Shown: piece after piece, positions 1-9,959 of the stretch
Numbering within the stretch: position 1 is the stretch's first letter
How the letters are laid out: each line of letters opens with the position of its first letter
Origin: Candidatus Bathyarchaeota archaeon
GTDB lineage: Archaea; Thermoproteota; Bathyarchaeia; Bathyarchaeales; Bathycorpusculaceae
Assembly (NCBI GenBank): GCA_963717465.1
Contig: OY970340.1
Span: 1,568,001 to 1,632,000 of the forward strand
Direction of reading: 5' to 3'
DNA length: 64,000 nt
Notes under the pieces: generated by a model
The model's database searches: none
Seen by the model: the letters and a program-made list of their open reading frames with translations, nothing else
Told to the model about the DNA's origin: nothing
Translations under genes and position numbers: made by a program

Positions 1-727
1 AGAACTCATTTTTAAGGACGTTACTTGCAAGCTTCTTGAACGCTGTAGCCTCAACTGAGGAAGGGTAGGCCTCAATAACAGTTTTGTTTATGCGATCACA
101 GACCTGAACAATTTCCGATGTGGGAGCCTCACCGATGATCGGCGTCTGGATTGCACGAGATAACTGTTCTATGTACTTGCGGCCTTCATCGCTTGCCTTG
201 TTGTAGAGGAGACCGCATACTTTAACTTTTAACGATTTGAAACCATGGCAGAGATTGTTTGCGGCAAACAACGACATAAAATCATCTGAGGACACAATGA
301 AAGTGTCTTTTGCATAACCTTCCTTGACCACTATTGCAAGTCCTCCACAAACAATGTCCGCTGGTACATCAAAAATTACCACATCATAAGAGCCGACAAT
401 ACCGCAATCGTTAAGATACTTTAGACCAATAATCAAGCCTCTTCCTGCACAACCTACACCTGGCTCTGGACCTCCGATTTCAACGCAGGATACCCCATTA
501 AACCCAGTTCGCAAAAACAATGAAGAATCAGGCTTCTTGTTTGTTTTCATAATCTCCAAAAGCGGCTTAATCCTCTTACCAACTATATTTATTGCAGTGT
601 CTGATTTGGGATCACAGCCTACCAGAAGAGTCTTAAGCTTTTCGCCTCCGTAAACAGCGGCGATATTGCTTGAAATTGTTGATTTTCCTATCCCGCCTTT
701 ACCGTAGACTGCAAATGTCCTTGTCAT
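1..727 (-). CDS. cfbC: NifH-like ATP-dependent reductase, Ni-sirohydrochlorin a,c-diamide reductive cyclase component (3'-truncated by window edge)
   Basis: Not in the ORF track; translated by hand from ATG at 727: MTRTFAVYGKGGIGKSTISSNIAA...GCDPKSD...GGPEPGVGCAGRG...DIVCGG. Directly downstream of a CfbD-like gene. Confidence 0.88.
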   Translation of the reverse strand, partial: MTRTFAVYGKGGIGKSTISSNIAAVYGGEKLKTLLVGCDPKSDTAINIVGKRIKPLLEIMKTNKKPDSSLFLRTGFNGVSCVEIGGPEPGVGCAGRGLIIGLKYLNDCGIVGSYDVVIFDVPADIVCGGLAIVVKEGYAKDTFIVSSDDFMSLFAANNLCHGFKSLKVKVCGLLYNKASDEGRKYIEQLSRAIQTPIIGEAPTSEIVQVCDRINKTVIEAYPSSVEATAFKKLASNVLKNEF

Positions 728-728
728 T

Positions 729-1814
729 CTAGCCAACCGCCTTTCTCAGGGCGTATCCAAATCTTGATTGCTGAACCCGTTTATCTACTCCAAGGGAAAC
801 TGCGTGAGCGTCTCTATCAGCAACGGCAAATGTGTATCCGAGAGTTTTCAAATTTGATATTGCTCTGGTACCTACGGTGACAACTACGCATTTCATGGCA
901 TTTTCCAATTCTACGGCATGAGGTATCCCTGCAATAATGGCAATGTCAGGGGGATCATTTAGCAAAAATTCTTTTGCTTTAATGCCAGTTAATGGGTACT
1001 CATCCAGTCCTCCAGTGATGAAATCTAATTTTACCTGGTTATCTTGCAAGGTCTTGCGTACTGTGGATGCATATGATCGTATCCTTGGCAACCCAATATT
1101 CTCATCAAGGTTTGCAATGTATCTAACCTTCGCTCGACTCCTGACTGCCACTTCATTCATTGCAAGCAGAACGTCTGAGTAGAGAAAAACGGTCTCTTTC
1201 TTTGCGTTAAGAACGCAGTCTATGCGAGCACCTTCTTTGGCCAGTTTTATGATTGAGCGGGCGACTGCTACTGGATTATCGCCAGGCTTAGGCTCAAGGT
1301 ACTCACCCCTAGCGGTTCCTCTTTTCTTTTCTAAATCGGTTGCCATTTCTAGCATTTTTTGTTGGCGATTGAATTCTTCTTGTGGGATAAGACCGAGACC
1401 TACTGCTTCTTTTAGCACCATTACGGCGCCAACAGTGTTATCGCCACTCCCACTGTGGACATTACAGCATATCGTCTTCTTGGATACGCCTGCTTCTTGT
1501 GCAACTTTCTTGAGGTCTTCTCCAATAATCATGCTAGCGCAGCTGCCGACAAGCCCTATCAAGTGTGGACTGAAAAGTTCATCAACTCTTTTGAGAACCT
1601 TTGCAAGCTTTTGCTCAGCGCCGAAGACAAAATCATCATCTGTCAACGCAGTAGTTATTACTTTCACTCCGTCTTTTTCAAGGAGCCGCGCTGGTCTAAA
1701 GCAGCATCCCGATGGACCATGTAAAACTATTACATCAGTGTTAAGATCCCTCAGAGTGTACATTGCGGCAGCAAGCGGACTTGGTCGAGGATGCATAATA
1801 ATTGACATATTCAA
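729..1814 (-). CDS. cfbD: Ni-sirohydrochlorin a,c-diamide reductive cyclase catalytic subunit (NflD/CfbD)
   Basis: N-terminus HPRPSPLAAAMYTLRDL..VIVLHGPSGCCF..ARLLEKDG; LNAKKET and GGLDEYP motifs; 361 aa; cfb context. Confidence 0.9.
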   Translation of the reverse strand: MNMSIIMHPRPSPLAAAMYTLRDLNTDVIVLHGPSGCCFRPARLLEKDGVKVITTALTDDDFVFGAEQKLAKVLKRVDELFSPHLIGLVGSCASMIIGEDLKKVAQEAGVSKKTICCNVHSGSGDNTVGAVMVLKEAVGLGLIPQEEFNRQQKMLEMATDLEKKRGTARGEYLEPKPGDNPVAVARSIIKLAKEGARIDCVLNAKKETVFLYSDVLLAMNEVAVRSRAKVRYIANLDENIGLPRIRSYASTVRKTLQDNQVKLDFITGGLDEYPLTGIKAKEFLLNDPPDIAIIAGIPHAVELENAMKCVVVTVGTRAISNLKTLGYTFAVADRDAHAVSLGVDKRVQQSRFGYALRKAVG

Positions 1815-3112
1815 CGCCGCTCCAAATACAATACTGATTTACCATTTAGCGAATTCATATCAACAATTTTCTTATTCTTTAACAATGACTTTACAGCATC
1901 TCCGAGCTCGCCAAATAGCGCTACTTGGTTAACTTGGCTGCAATTGTTTATTACATTTGCAAACTCGTGTATGTCCATAAACCCGCAGGTTGTCTTGATC
2001 GTCCCGCCGATGCATAGCGAAACAGGAGAAGAATAAACTTCAATAAAATCGTTAATGGATTGCTGCAACGACACTGGATTAATCGAGGAGCTGATATTAA
2101 CAATTCTTTTTGGAACTTTTTCGTCAAGAACCATCTTATTCGCTACGCCATCAAAACTTTCCAATTGTGCAATCTCCTTATCGCCTCCACCTAGAAAGAC
2201 TACGATGGTCAATGCAAGCAAAAGGTTCTCTACATGTTGCCTTCCAACTAATCTGGAACTGGCATACACTGGGTACTTTTCAGAGACATGTTTTCCTTTA
2301 AAATTTTGAAAGTTGTTAAATGTGGCATTGAACCTGATGCCGGGTGCACTTAACTGAACACTGTCAGCAGTGACTTCAGCTGTTTTTCCCATGGTGGAAA
2401 ATCGCTGCACATTTTCGAGAGCACAGAGCAATGGATCGTCAGCGTTAACAAGCGTAAAAGCAGATGGTCGCTTGTTTTTAATCATTGATGTCTTGGCATC
2501 GAAAGCGTGTAGAGTCTCAGCCGCAATCGGGTAATTATCGTATACGTTCTTTATGATTCCCAGATCGGCGAGGCCTGTTCCGCCGAGCGATACCTCAAAT
2601 ATGGCTGCGTCGAATGGTTTGGGGCAAAGCCTGACTGCTCGAATAATGTTTGCTGGTGTTGTGCTGACTTTTCCAGTTAGAGGCGTTACTGTGCCGCGGT
2701 TAACGTGAAAGATGCCCTCACTAGTTAGTGCAAGTATTGAGAGCCGACTCTTAATCATGTGCAGAGCAGCTAGTATAGTTTCAGTTTTTCCATAGCTTCC
2801 CGTAATTTCGACGACAGGGCACTTTAATTCTTTTTCCAGAAGATAATTGACTGCTTGATGAGCGGTAATTACACGTTTGTTTTTCAGGTCACCGAGACGT
2901 TTCCTTGGGAAGTGAATTGGGCTTATTATAAGATCAAATCCATCAAGATCTGGCAATTCTTTTTCTATTCTGAAGGTTCCTTTGAAGTTATCCGCGACTT
3001 CTTTGCTGACGGTTTTGTGTACATCTGCACATACTACCTCGTAGCCTTTCTTCACGTATTCTTCTGAAAGGGTGAGGCCGCCGTGTGTTGCATCAATCAC
3101 TAAAACTTTCAT
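1811..3112 (-). CDS. cfbE: Coenzyme F430 synthetase (Mur-ligase-like)
   Basis: VIDATHGG start, SPIH, VEITGSYGKT P-loop, FEVSLGGTG, YPIA, KTTCG; lies between cfbA and cfbD. Confidence 0.85.
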   Translation of the reverse strand: MKVLVIDATHGGLTLSEEYVKKGYEVVCADVHKTVSKEVADNFKGTFRIEKELPDLDGFDLIISPIHFPRKRLGDLKNKRVITAHQAVNYLLEKELKCPVVEITGSYGKTETILAALHMIKSRLSILALTSEGIFHVNRGTVTPLTGKVSTTPANIIRAVRLCPKPFDAAIFEVSLGGTGLADLGIIKNVYDNYPIAAETLHAFDAKTSMIKNKRPSAFTLVNADDPLLCALENVQRFSTMGKTAEVTADSVQLSAPGIRFNATFNNFQNFKGKHVSEKYPVYASSRLVGRQHVENLLLALTIVVFLGGGDKEIAQLESFDGVANKMVLDEKVPKRIVNISSSINPVSLQQSINDFIEVYSSPVSLCIGGTIKTTCGFMDIHEFANVINNCSQVNQVALFGELGDAVKSLLKNKKIVDMNSLNGKSVLYLERR

Positions 3113-3502
3113 TTAAAGCGCCTCTGCAGACGAAATGACGTCGCTGAGTATGTCAATTAGCCGTGGGTCTTTTCCGATTGGTTCAGCGTACACGAGAAGA
3201 ACCTCTTTATCCTTAGCTTTTAATGTCCTCTTTTTGGTGCCTGGCTTTAATCCTAATTCTTCAGGTATATCTTGGTCAATATGAATTCCTCTTGCCAAAA
3301 AGACGGGGACAACTATTATTTTCTCCATGCCAGCATCTATCGCTCTTTGCATAACTGTTGGAATCGACGGATCGTTGATTTGCATGAATGCTGAAGAAAC
3401 AAAATCATAGCGACTCTTAAGCTTTGAAGCGTAGAATTCAATCGTTTCTTTGTTGTATGGTTCTTTGCTTCCGTGTCCTACTAAAATTATTCCAGTTTTC
3501 AT
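3113..3502 (-). CDS. cfbA: Short class II sirohydrochlorin chelatase (CbiXS/CfbA, probably nickel-inserting from context)
   Basis: ILVGHGS and VPVFLARGIHIDQDIP motifs, YAEPIG..PRL; 129 aa. Confidence 0.8.
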   Translation of the reverse strand: MKTGIILVGHGSKEPYNKETIEFYASKLKSRYDFVSSAFMQINDPSIPTVMQRAIDAGMEKIIVVPVFLARGIHIDQDIPEELGLKPGTKKRTLKAKDKEVLLVYAEPIGKDPRLIDILSDVISSAEAL

Positions 3503-4974
3503 TAGTTTTGCTTTCCCTCCTTTAGTTTCATTAAAACGCCATCAAGCGTGTGAACATCAGATACCTCAGGGTTAAGATTATACACGTCCAGTTCCTTAGC
3601 TGTCTCAGAACCAATACATACAGTTCTCACTTTCTTTAGCTTTGAGATAAGATCATCAAGAGCGTCTTTAAGCTTGAAGTATTCAATTATATAGTGAACT
3701 GAGGATCGGCTTGTAAAAACAACCGTGTCAACGCCACTTGCGAGTTGTTTGTAAAAGCTTTCTAGACCTTGCTCGTCTCGTTCTGTTCTGTATAGCTTGA
3801 ATTCGGTGACTTTCATGTTGGCGCTGTGAAGCTTTTCGGAGAGAGAACTGTCAGCAAATGTGCTCCGCACTAATGCAACGCGACCCAACTCGCCTTTTTT
3901 ATCGATTAGTATTTCAAGGAGTCCAGTGCTGCTGAAATCCGAAGGAATAGTTTCGACGCTAATGCCTTTTGCTTCCAAAGACTTCTTTGTAGATGGCCCA
4001 ATAGCGTAGACCTTTACGCGTGACAAATAATCGAGATTTTCACGGTCAAAGTTAATCATGTCTACGGCTCTTGGGCTCATGAAAACAAGCGAATCGAATA
4101 ATTTTGATTTTAAGGCCGCAAGAAAAGCAGTTATTTCTTCTTGGTTGGCAATCAACTTTATAACGGGCGTGACGATGGGAGTGAATCCTGAAGTGAAGAA
4201 TTTTGAGGCAATAGATGTATCTAAAGAGGTTAAAAGAACCTTATTAGTACTCAGTGCTTTTGCAACTACATCGCCTATGACCACAACTACTGAATCTGCC
4301 TTTTCACTTACTTTGTCAGCAATGGTACTCACTGTTCCAAGAGTGACCGACAGGTCTTTTCCCTTTAGCGTCAGGGCCGCCACAGCCTTTTCTGGATTCA
4401 TCCCGCTGCCCATGAACGTTTGCATAATGCTCAGGAGGTTTTTCTTTGCCATCAACAATACAATTGTTCCATCGAATTTCGCATGCTTAGCAAAATAAGA
4501 TGCGTCTTCAGGCGATGCATGATGCCCCGTTAAGATCAGAATTGAAGATGAGACTTCCCGTATAGTTAAAGGGATACCAGCAAAAGTGGGTATAGCAATT
4601 GCAGAAGTTAAACCGGGAACCAACTCAAACTCGATGCCTGCATCTTTCAGCGCGAGCAGTTCTTCCCCCCCTCTGCCAAATATGAACGGATCGCCACTCT
4701 TTAACCGGACAACCGATTCGCCTTCATTCGCTTTTGTAGTTAAAGTTTTGATTATTTCTTTTTGAATAGCTGGGTCATCACCAGGCTCTTTTCCCATATA
4801 AATCAATTCAACGCCTGGTTTAGCTAATTCAATTACAGAGCTGTCAACAAGCCGATCATACACTACTACATCCGCCTCAGCTATCACCTTCGCAGCCTTG
4901 ATAGTGAGAAAATCTATACTGCCAACGCCCGCACCAACCAGATACACCTTTCCTTTTATCAGTTTAGCCTCCAA
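3502..4974 (-). CDS. cobA/hemD: Uroporphyrinogen-III C-methyltransferase / uroporphyrinogen-III synthase fusion
   Basis: N-half VYLVGAGVG, YDRLV, RLKSGDPFIFGRGGEE; C-half FMSPRAV, AIGPST, VFTSRS, CIGSETA. Confidence 0.9.
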   Translation of the reverse strand: MEAKLIKGKVYLVGAGVGSIDFLTIKAAKVIAEADVVVYDRLVDSSVIELAKPGVELIYMGKEPGDDPAIQKEIIKTLTTKANEGESVVRLKSGDPFIFGRGGEELLALKDAGIEFELVPGLTSAIAIPTFAGIPLTIREVSSSILILTGHHASPEDASYFAKHAKFDGTIVLLMAKKNLLSIMQTFMGSGMNPEKAVAALTLKGKDLSVTLGTVSTIADKVSEKADSVVVVIGDVVAKALSTNKVLLTSLDTSIASKFFTSGFTPIVTPVIKLIANQEEITAFLAALKSKLFDSLVFMSPRAVDMINFDRENLDYLSRVKVYAIGPSTKKSLEAKGISVETIPSDFSSTGLLEILIDKKGELGRVALVRSTFADSSLSEKLHSANMKVTEFKLYRTERDEQGLESFYKQLASGVDTVVFTSRSSVHYIIEYFKLKDALDDLISKLKKVRTVCIGSETAKELDVYNLNPEVSDVHTLDGVLMKLKEGKQN

Positions 4975-5873
4975 AACGTCTTAACTATCTCGTCTTCAAG
5001 CATCAGTTGAGCAGCACGCCTACCAGACAATACGGGGTCGCCGAACCCCATATCTATAGATTCTACCTTAAACTTGGCACCATCTACAGAGTAAACACCC
5101 GCGGTTATTCTCAGTCGCCCGTCTTTTGCAGTGGCTGTGCAGCCAACTGGCGAGGCGCATCCTCCACCTAAAGTTCGCAGAAATTCCCGTTCAGCCAAAA
5201 CTTCAGCTTGATATGCAGGAGAATTTATGCTTGCAACTAAATCCGTCAAGTACTGGTCAGAGGAAGAATTGCGAACAAGCACGCAGATTGCGGCTTGACC
5301 TGGGCTTGTCGGAAATGACTCTATGCTAAGTCGCTCTACAGTCTTCGGTAGCAAGCCAAGCCTCAAAAGTCCAGCTTCGGCTAATACAGCGCCATCGCAG
5401 GATTCGCCCATTACTTTCTTAAGTCTCGTGTCTACGTTGCCTCTCAGTGGAAGGATCTGGAGGTCTTTCTTGACAGCCATTAATTGTGCTTTTCGCCTCA
5501 CACTGCTAGTGGCCAATTTTGCGTGCGCTGGTAAGGCTGCGAGTGACGGGTAGCGGGCGGAGATGAAAACATCATTCGGTGATTCGCGGTCAGGAATCGC
5601 ACCTAGTTTGATACTTGGTGAAATGTTTAAGGGCACATCCTTCATGCTGTGGACTGCCAAATCAATCGTTCCGTCTATTAATGCGTTATCAACTTCTTTT
5701 TCAAAAGCGCCCTCACCAATCTTGTGCATCGGCGTGCGCGTTATGATGTCGCCTTGTGTTTTTATTGGGACAACTTCAAACTGGGCATCTGTGAACTTGG
5801 CTAGTTTATTGATTACAATGTCTGTTTGTATTAGTGCTAGTTTGCTGCCTCTTGTCCCTATTTTGATCTTCAT
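4959..5873 (-). CDS. hemC: Hydroxymethylbilane synthase
   Basis: IGTRGSKLALIQ, AVHSMKDVP, TSSVRR, LRGNVDTRL, GGGCASPVG. Confidence 0.96.
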   Translation of the reverse strand: MKIKIGTRGSKLALIQTDIVINKLAKFTDAQFEVVPIKTQGDIITRTPMHKIGEGAFEKEVDNALIDGTIDLAVHSMKDVPLNISPSIKLGAIPDRESPNDVFISARYPSLAALPAHAKLATSSVRRKAQLMAVKKDLQILPLRGNVDTRLKKVMGESCDGAVLAEAGLLRLGLLPKTVERLSIESFPTSPGQAAICVLVRNSSSDQYLTDLVASINSPAYQAEVLAEREFLRTLGGGCASPVGCTATAKDGRLRITAGVYSVDGAKFKVESIDMGFGDPVLSGRRAAQLMLEDEIVKTFWRLN

Positions 5874-7135
5874 TAAGGTTTCACTTGAGTCTGATTTACC
5901 GATTTAATCGAGATCTTCATGGTTTCGATGGTTTTTTCAATGTCTTCTTTTGAGTGTGCAGTTGAAAGGAAAGAACATTCAAATTGAGAAGGAGGTATGT
6001 ACACTCCGTTGTCTAAGAGCGATCTGTGGAACTTTTTGAAGGTTTCAAGCTTAGACTTTTTCGCCGAGGCATAATCGATTACCTTCTCAGACGTGAAGAA
6101 TACTGTAAAGATGGATGCTAAAATTGATAAGTAAAAATCTATTTTTTCGTCGCTTAGAATGTCGCTGATTGCTGAGCATAAAGAGCTAGTGTTCTGCCTA
6201 AGCTGGCGGTACAGTGATTCGTCGAGTTTTCGCAAAGATGCAATGCCGGCTGCCATGCTTAGAGGGTTGCCATTGAAAGTTCCAGCGTTATACATGCGGC
6301 CCTCAGGAGCGACAAGATGCATAATATCCTCTCTACCCCCAAAGGCTCCCATTGGGAGACCACCACCTAAGACTTTACCAAGCGTTGTTAGGTCCGCATG
6401 CACATTATAGTACTCTTGAGCACCTCCTTTTGCGATTCTAAACCCTGTTATGACTTCATCAAAAATGAGGAGGGCACCAGTCTCATCGCATCTTCTTCTG
6501 ATCTCGTCAAGAAAGCCTGAAAGAGGCTGCACAAGTCCTATATTTCCCATAACTGGTTCAACTATTACGCAAGCAGTTTCTTCTCCTATCTTATCTAAAG
6601 CGTGAAAATCGTTGAAAGGAATAACTTTAGTCTTCTCGGCTACCACTTTGGGTACTCCATCTGAAAAAGGAGCCTGAGAAGTACCTACACCATTTACCAT
6701 TAAAGAGTCCACTGCGCCATGGTAGCAGCCGTCAAACTTGACGACGACCTCTCTTTTCGTGCAGGCCCTGGCCAGCCGGATGGCATTGGTTGTAGCCTCA
6801 CCTCCAGAGTTCACAAATCGTAACTTTTCAATAGAAGGAAAGGCTTTCTTAACTTCTTCTCCGAGCATAATTTCAAGGGCTGAAGGTGTTCCGTAAACTG
6901 TTCCTTTTGAAAGTTGATCTTTCAAAGCGTCTACAATAAATTGTGGTGAATGCCCAAATAGCAAGACCCCGTACGCCATACAGTAATCGATGATTTCTCT
7001 TTTATCAGCAGTGTAAAGCCTTGAACCGTGGGCATGATCTGTAAAAAAAGGATAAGGATCAAAATATCTCACCGGACTGTTGACTCCTTTCGGAAATATC
7101 GCTGAGCTTCTGGAGAAGAGTTCCTTTGAGTCCAT
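5873..7135 (-). CDS. hemL: Glutamate-1-semialdehyde 2,1-aminomutase
   Basis: GVNSPVR, FDEVITGFR, TLGKVLGGGLP, AGTFNGNPL, PSQFE. Confidence 0.96.
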   Translation of the reverse strand: MDSKELFSRSSAIFPKGVNSPVRYFDPYPFFTDHAHGSRLYTADKREIIDYCMAYGVLLFGHSPQFIVDALKDQLSKGTVYGTPSALEIMLGEEVKKAFPSIEKLRFVNSGGEATTNAIRLARACTKREVVVKFDGCYHGAVDSLMVNGVGTSQAPFSDGVPKVVAEKTKVIPFNDFHALDKIGEETACVIVEPVMGNIGLVQPLSGFLDEIRRRCDETGALLIFDEVITGFRIAKGGAQEYYNVHADLTTLGKVLGGGLPMGAFGGREDIMHLVAPEGRMYNAGTFNGNPLSMAAGIASLRKLDESLYRQLRQNTSSLCSAISDILSDEKIDFYLSILASIFTVFFTSEKVIDYASAKKSKLETFKKFHRSLLDNGVYIPPSQFECSFLSTAHSKEDIEKTIETMKISIKSVNQTQVKP

Positions 7136-8113
7136 TTACTTGTCCTCTTTTAGCCATTCAATCAACTGCGGAGTGAAGTATGAGATTATGATATCGGCGC
7201 CAGCTCGTTTCATAGAAAGCACGGTTTCTAATGCTACCTTCTTCTCTTCAGTCTTTGTGTGTTCACAATACAATTTGATCATCACGTATTCGCCGCTAAC
7301 TTGAAATAGGGCAAGAGGTCGATAGAAGCGTCTCTTGATTTGAGCTGCAATATCAAGGCAGGGAAGAGCTGGCTTAACCATAAGGATGTCCGCACCTTCC
7401 TTGACGTCTAATGATGCTTCTAGTAGAGCTTCTTTCTTGTTGCGAACATCCATCTGGTATGATGAGCGATCACCGAATGCTGGTGAGGAACCGACTACTT
7501 CTCTAAATGGGCTGTAGAGAGAAGAAGCATATTTTGTGGTGTATGACATTATCAACGTGTCATGAAAGCCATTGCTGTCAAGCATGGTTCTTATGGCAGC
7601 AACCTGTCCATCTGTCATCGCTGAAGGCGCCACAATATCTGCTCCAGCTTCGGCATGGCTCACAGCTACTTTGGCTAAAGACTCGACAGTCTTTGTGATG
7701 TTAATTCGCCCATTATCATTTATTATTCCACAGTGACCATGACTCGTATATTCGCAGAGGCAAACATCAGTTATCAAATTAAGGGTTGGAAATTCTTTCT
7801 TTAGAATTCTTAACGACTCTTGAACGACGCCGTCTTTTGCATACGCATCTGATCCTAAATCGTCCTTCTTTGAGGTTATTCCGAAGATAATTACAGAATT
7901 AAGACCATTTTTCCAAATGGGACGAACATAGTCAGCGACTTGATCTATGGGCAGTCGCATTAATCCAGACCTGAAGACCTCCTCGATCTTTCCACCTTTT
8001 TTTACGAAAAGAGGAAGAACCAAGCTTGATGGATTTAAACTGGTTTCAGCTACAAGATTTCTTATCGCGGGGGACTGTCTCAACCTGCTGGGCATAATTG
8101 CGTTCATTAACAC
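7136..8113 (-). CDS. hemB: Porphobilinogen synthase (Zn-type); start may be ATG at 8107
   Basis: DVCLCEYTSHGHCG, APSAMTDG, YQMD, MVKP, QVSGEY. Confidence 0.96.
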   Translation of the reverse strand: MLMNAIMPSRLRQSPAIRNLVAETSLNPSSLVLPLFVKKGGKIEEVFRSGLMRLPIDQVADYVRPIWKNGLNSVIIFGITSKKDDLGSDAYAKDGVVQESLRILKKEFPTLNLITDVCLCEYTSHGHCGIINDNGRINITKTVESLAKVAVSHAEAGADIVAPSAMTDGQVAAIRTMLDSNGFHDTLIMSYTTKYASSLYSPFREVVGSSPAFGDRSSYQMDVRNKKEALLEASLDVKEGADILMVKPALPCLDIAAQIKRRFYRPLALFQVSGEYVMIKLYCEHTKTEEKKVALETVLSMKRAGADIIISYFTPQLIEWLKEDK

Positions 8114-9359
8114 AAACCTCCTTTAGGATATTGCGAAGAATTTTTACGTGATCAGCATGATTTTCAGATTCTCGTAAGGGTTTTATGAATGGAATCATCA
8201 GGTCGCGCATTAGGGAATATGAAAAGTCGCTGATTACTTTCTTCTGTGCCTCGTCAAATTCCTCTTCTTTTAGGGCTCGCTCTAAATTCTTCTGTCTTTT
8301 TTCTTCACTCCAATTCATAAAGTCAGAAATCAAACTTGAATGCGGTGCCACTTCAATCCTCTTAAACACGTTTTTGATGTCTTCATCGATGATCTTTTCA
8401 GCTAGAAGGATGGCAGATTCCTTTTTGCGCTGATTATTTTTCGCTTGGTCTGCCAATTCATCAAGGTCAAGCAGGTCTACACCACGCATCTCCTTAACAA
8501 TTGGGTCTACAGCCCTTGGATTTGACGCATCGATAAGGAGAAGATTTCCTTTCTTTCCGTCTTGCTTTCTCCGCTTAAGGGCAGAAGCAACATTGCTCGC
8601 TGAAATTATTCGATGAGGTGCTGAAGTTGCACAAACGGCGACATCAGACTTGGCAAGAACTTCTTCAAGTTTATCAAAGTTGACTGCTGTGCCGGATAAC
8701 ATCTCCGCAAGTTTTTTGGCTCGGGTAAAAGTTCTGTTTGCAACAAGGATTGTTTTTGTTTTTTCTTTTGCCACAGCTTTAGCCACTATGCTTCCGATTT
8801 TTCCAGCACCGATGATAGCAACCGTTCGACCATCGAAAGACTTTAGCTTTGATCTAGCTAACTTCACAGCAAGGTTTCCTATGGACACAGTGCCCTTGCT
8901 TATAGTGGTCTCTCTTCTGACTTTTCTCCCAGCTTGAACAGCACTTGTAAATAGCAGGCGCAATTCAGAACCTACTGTGCCAGTGTTACGAGCTAAATTG
9001 TATGAGTCTATAACTTGGTGAAGGATTTCATTCTCGCCAAGTAAAAGAGATTCAAGACCTGATGCAACACGAAATATATGCTTTACCGCTTGGGCATCCA
9101 AGTAAACATCTGCGAGATCTTGAGAAGAATAAACATTCGATGATTTTTCGCAAAGAAGAGATTTTAACATTTCAGGTTTAAGCCCTTCTAAGCTGCTTAT
9201 GTATATCTCTACTCTATGGCATGTCTGAAGTATCACACATTCAGCTACGCCCTCTACCTGTTTGAGCTCAAGCAAAGTTTTGCTGACATTCCTGAATGTG
9301 AAATTTTCCAGTATCCGAACAGGAACCCTTCGGCAGCTTATAGAGACACAGCTAATCAT
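8046..9359 (-). CDS. hemA: Glutamyl-tRNA reductase
   Basis: LQTCHRVE, VASGLESLLLGENEILHQ, IIGAGKIG, ANRT, D.SNPR. Confidence 0.95.
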   Translation of the reverse strand: MISCVSISCRRVPVRILENFTFRNVSKTLLELKQVEGVAECVILQTCHRVEIYISSLEGLKPEMLKSLLCEKSSNVYSSQDLADVYLDAQAVKHIFRVASGLESLLLGENEILHQVIDSYNLARNTGTVGSELRLLFTSAVQAGRKVRRETTISKGTVSIGNLAVKLARSKLKSFDGRTVAIIGAGKIGSIVAKAVAKEKTKTILVANRTFTRAKKLAEMLSGTAVNFDKLEEVLAKSDVAVCATSAPHRIISASNVASALKRRKQDGKKGNLLLIDASNPRAVDPIVKEMRGVDLLDLDELADQAKNNQRKKESAILLAEKIIDEDIKNVFKRIEVAPHSSLISDFMNWSEEKRQKNLERALKEEEFDEAQKKVISDFSYSLMRDLMIPFIKPLRESENHADHVKILRNILKEVCVNERNYAQQVETVPRDKKSCS

Positions 9360-9400
9360 CTATATCGCGCCCATCCTATTGGGAGGCTCTCTTTTTAACG

Positions 9401-9424
9401 TTTTTGTTTCATATGAAACAAAAA
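9401..9424. promoter_or_regulatory. Perfect 24-bp palindrome upstream of the hem/cfb operon (candidate operator)
   Basis: TTTTTGTTTCAT|ATGAAACAAAAA, immediately upstream (on -) of a TTAAAAA TATA-like box at about 9392-9398. Confidence 0.55.
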
Positions 9425-9959
9425 TTTATTACATGTTTTAGTTGACCGCTGCTCAAAAAACATCAGCACAAGCATCCGAAGACGATGGAAAAGGATGAAG
9501 ATTAAATATAAGCGTCTGACACGTTGCCAAACAAACTGAGAAAAAATTAGAAATTTTAAAATTACAGAAAAATAACATTATTTTTAGGAGAGCTGATTCC
9601 TTTTAGTCAATCAAAAGAGAAATGCAAAGTTCTCTATTGTAAACTGAAAATAATTGTCCCCGACAAATTTACTATCAAAGAATATAAAAGAAAAACCGAT
9701 TACATTTTGTTAAGCCCACGAAAGCACATTTCCAAAGAAAAAGATAATTCTTATTCCATAACAGACGAAAGCGGAGAAAAAATTCCAAATATCGAATTGA
9801 TTTTGGTAACCAAATGCAATTTTAAAACCGAAGAAGTCAACGTTTCCGCAGATTTTTTCAGCCTTAAAGGATTGCCGAAAAATATTGCGATAAGAAACAT
9901 TATTTACTGCAAACCGTCAACAGAGGAAACTTGGGAAGTAACCATCTAAGCAAATGAGA

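Noticed and set aside
1..1814. Nitrogenase (nifH/nifD) or protochlorophyllide reductase
   Set aside because: The D-like subunit is only 361 aa with the CfbD-type N-terminus, there is no nifK/E/N, and the neighbours are cfbA and cfbE.
8046..8113. 68-bp hemA/hemB overlap as a special feature
   Set aside because: A GGAGG followed by TAATG at about 8105-8109 suggests the usual stop/start coupling; the long overlap may come from another single-base indel.
9707..9949. 80-aa ORF
   Set aside because: AT-rich, no recognisable motif or RBS; at most a gene remnant.
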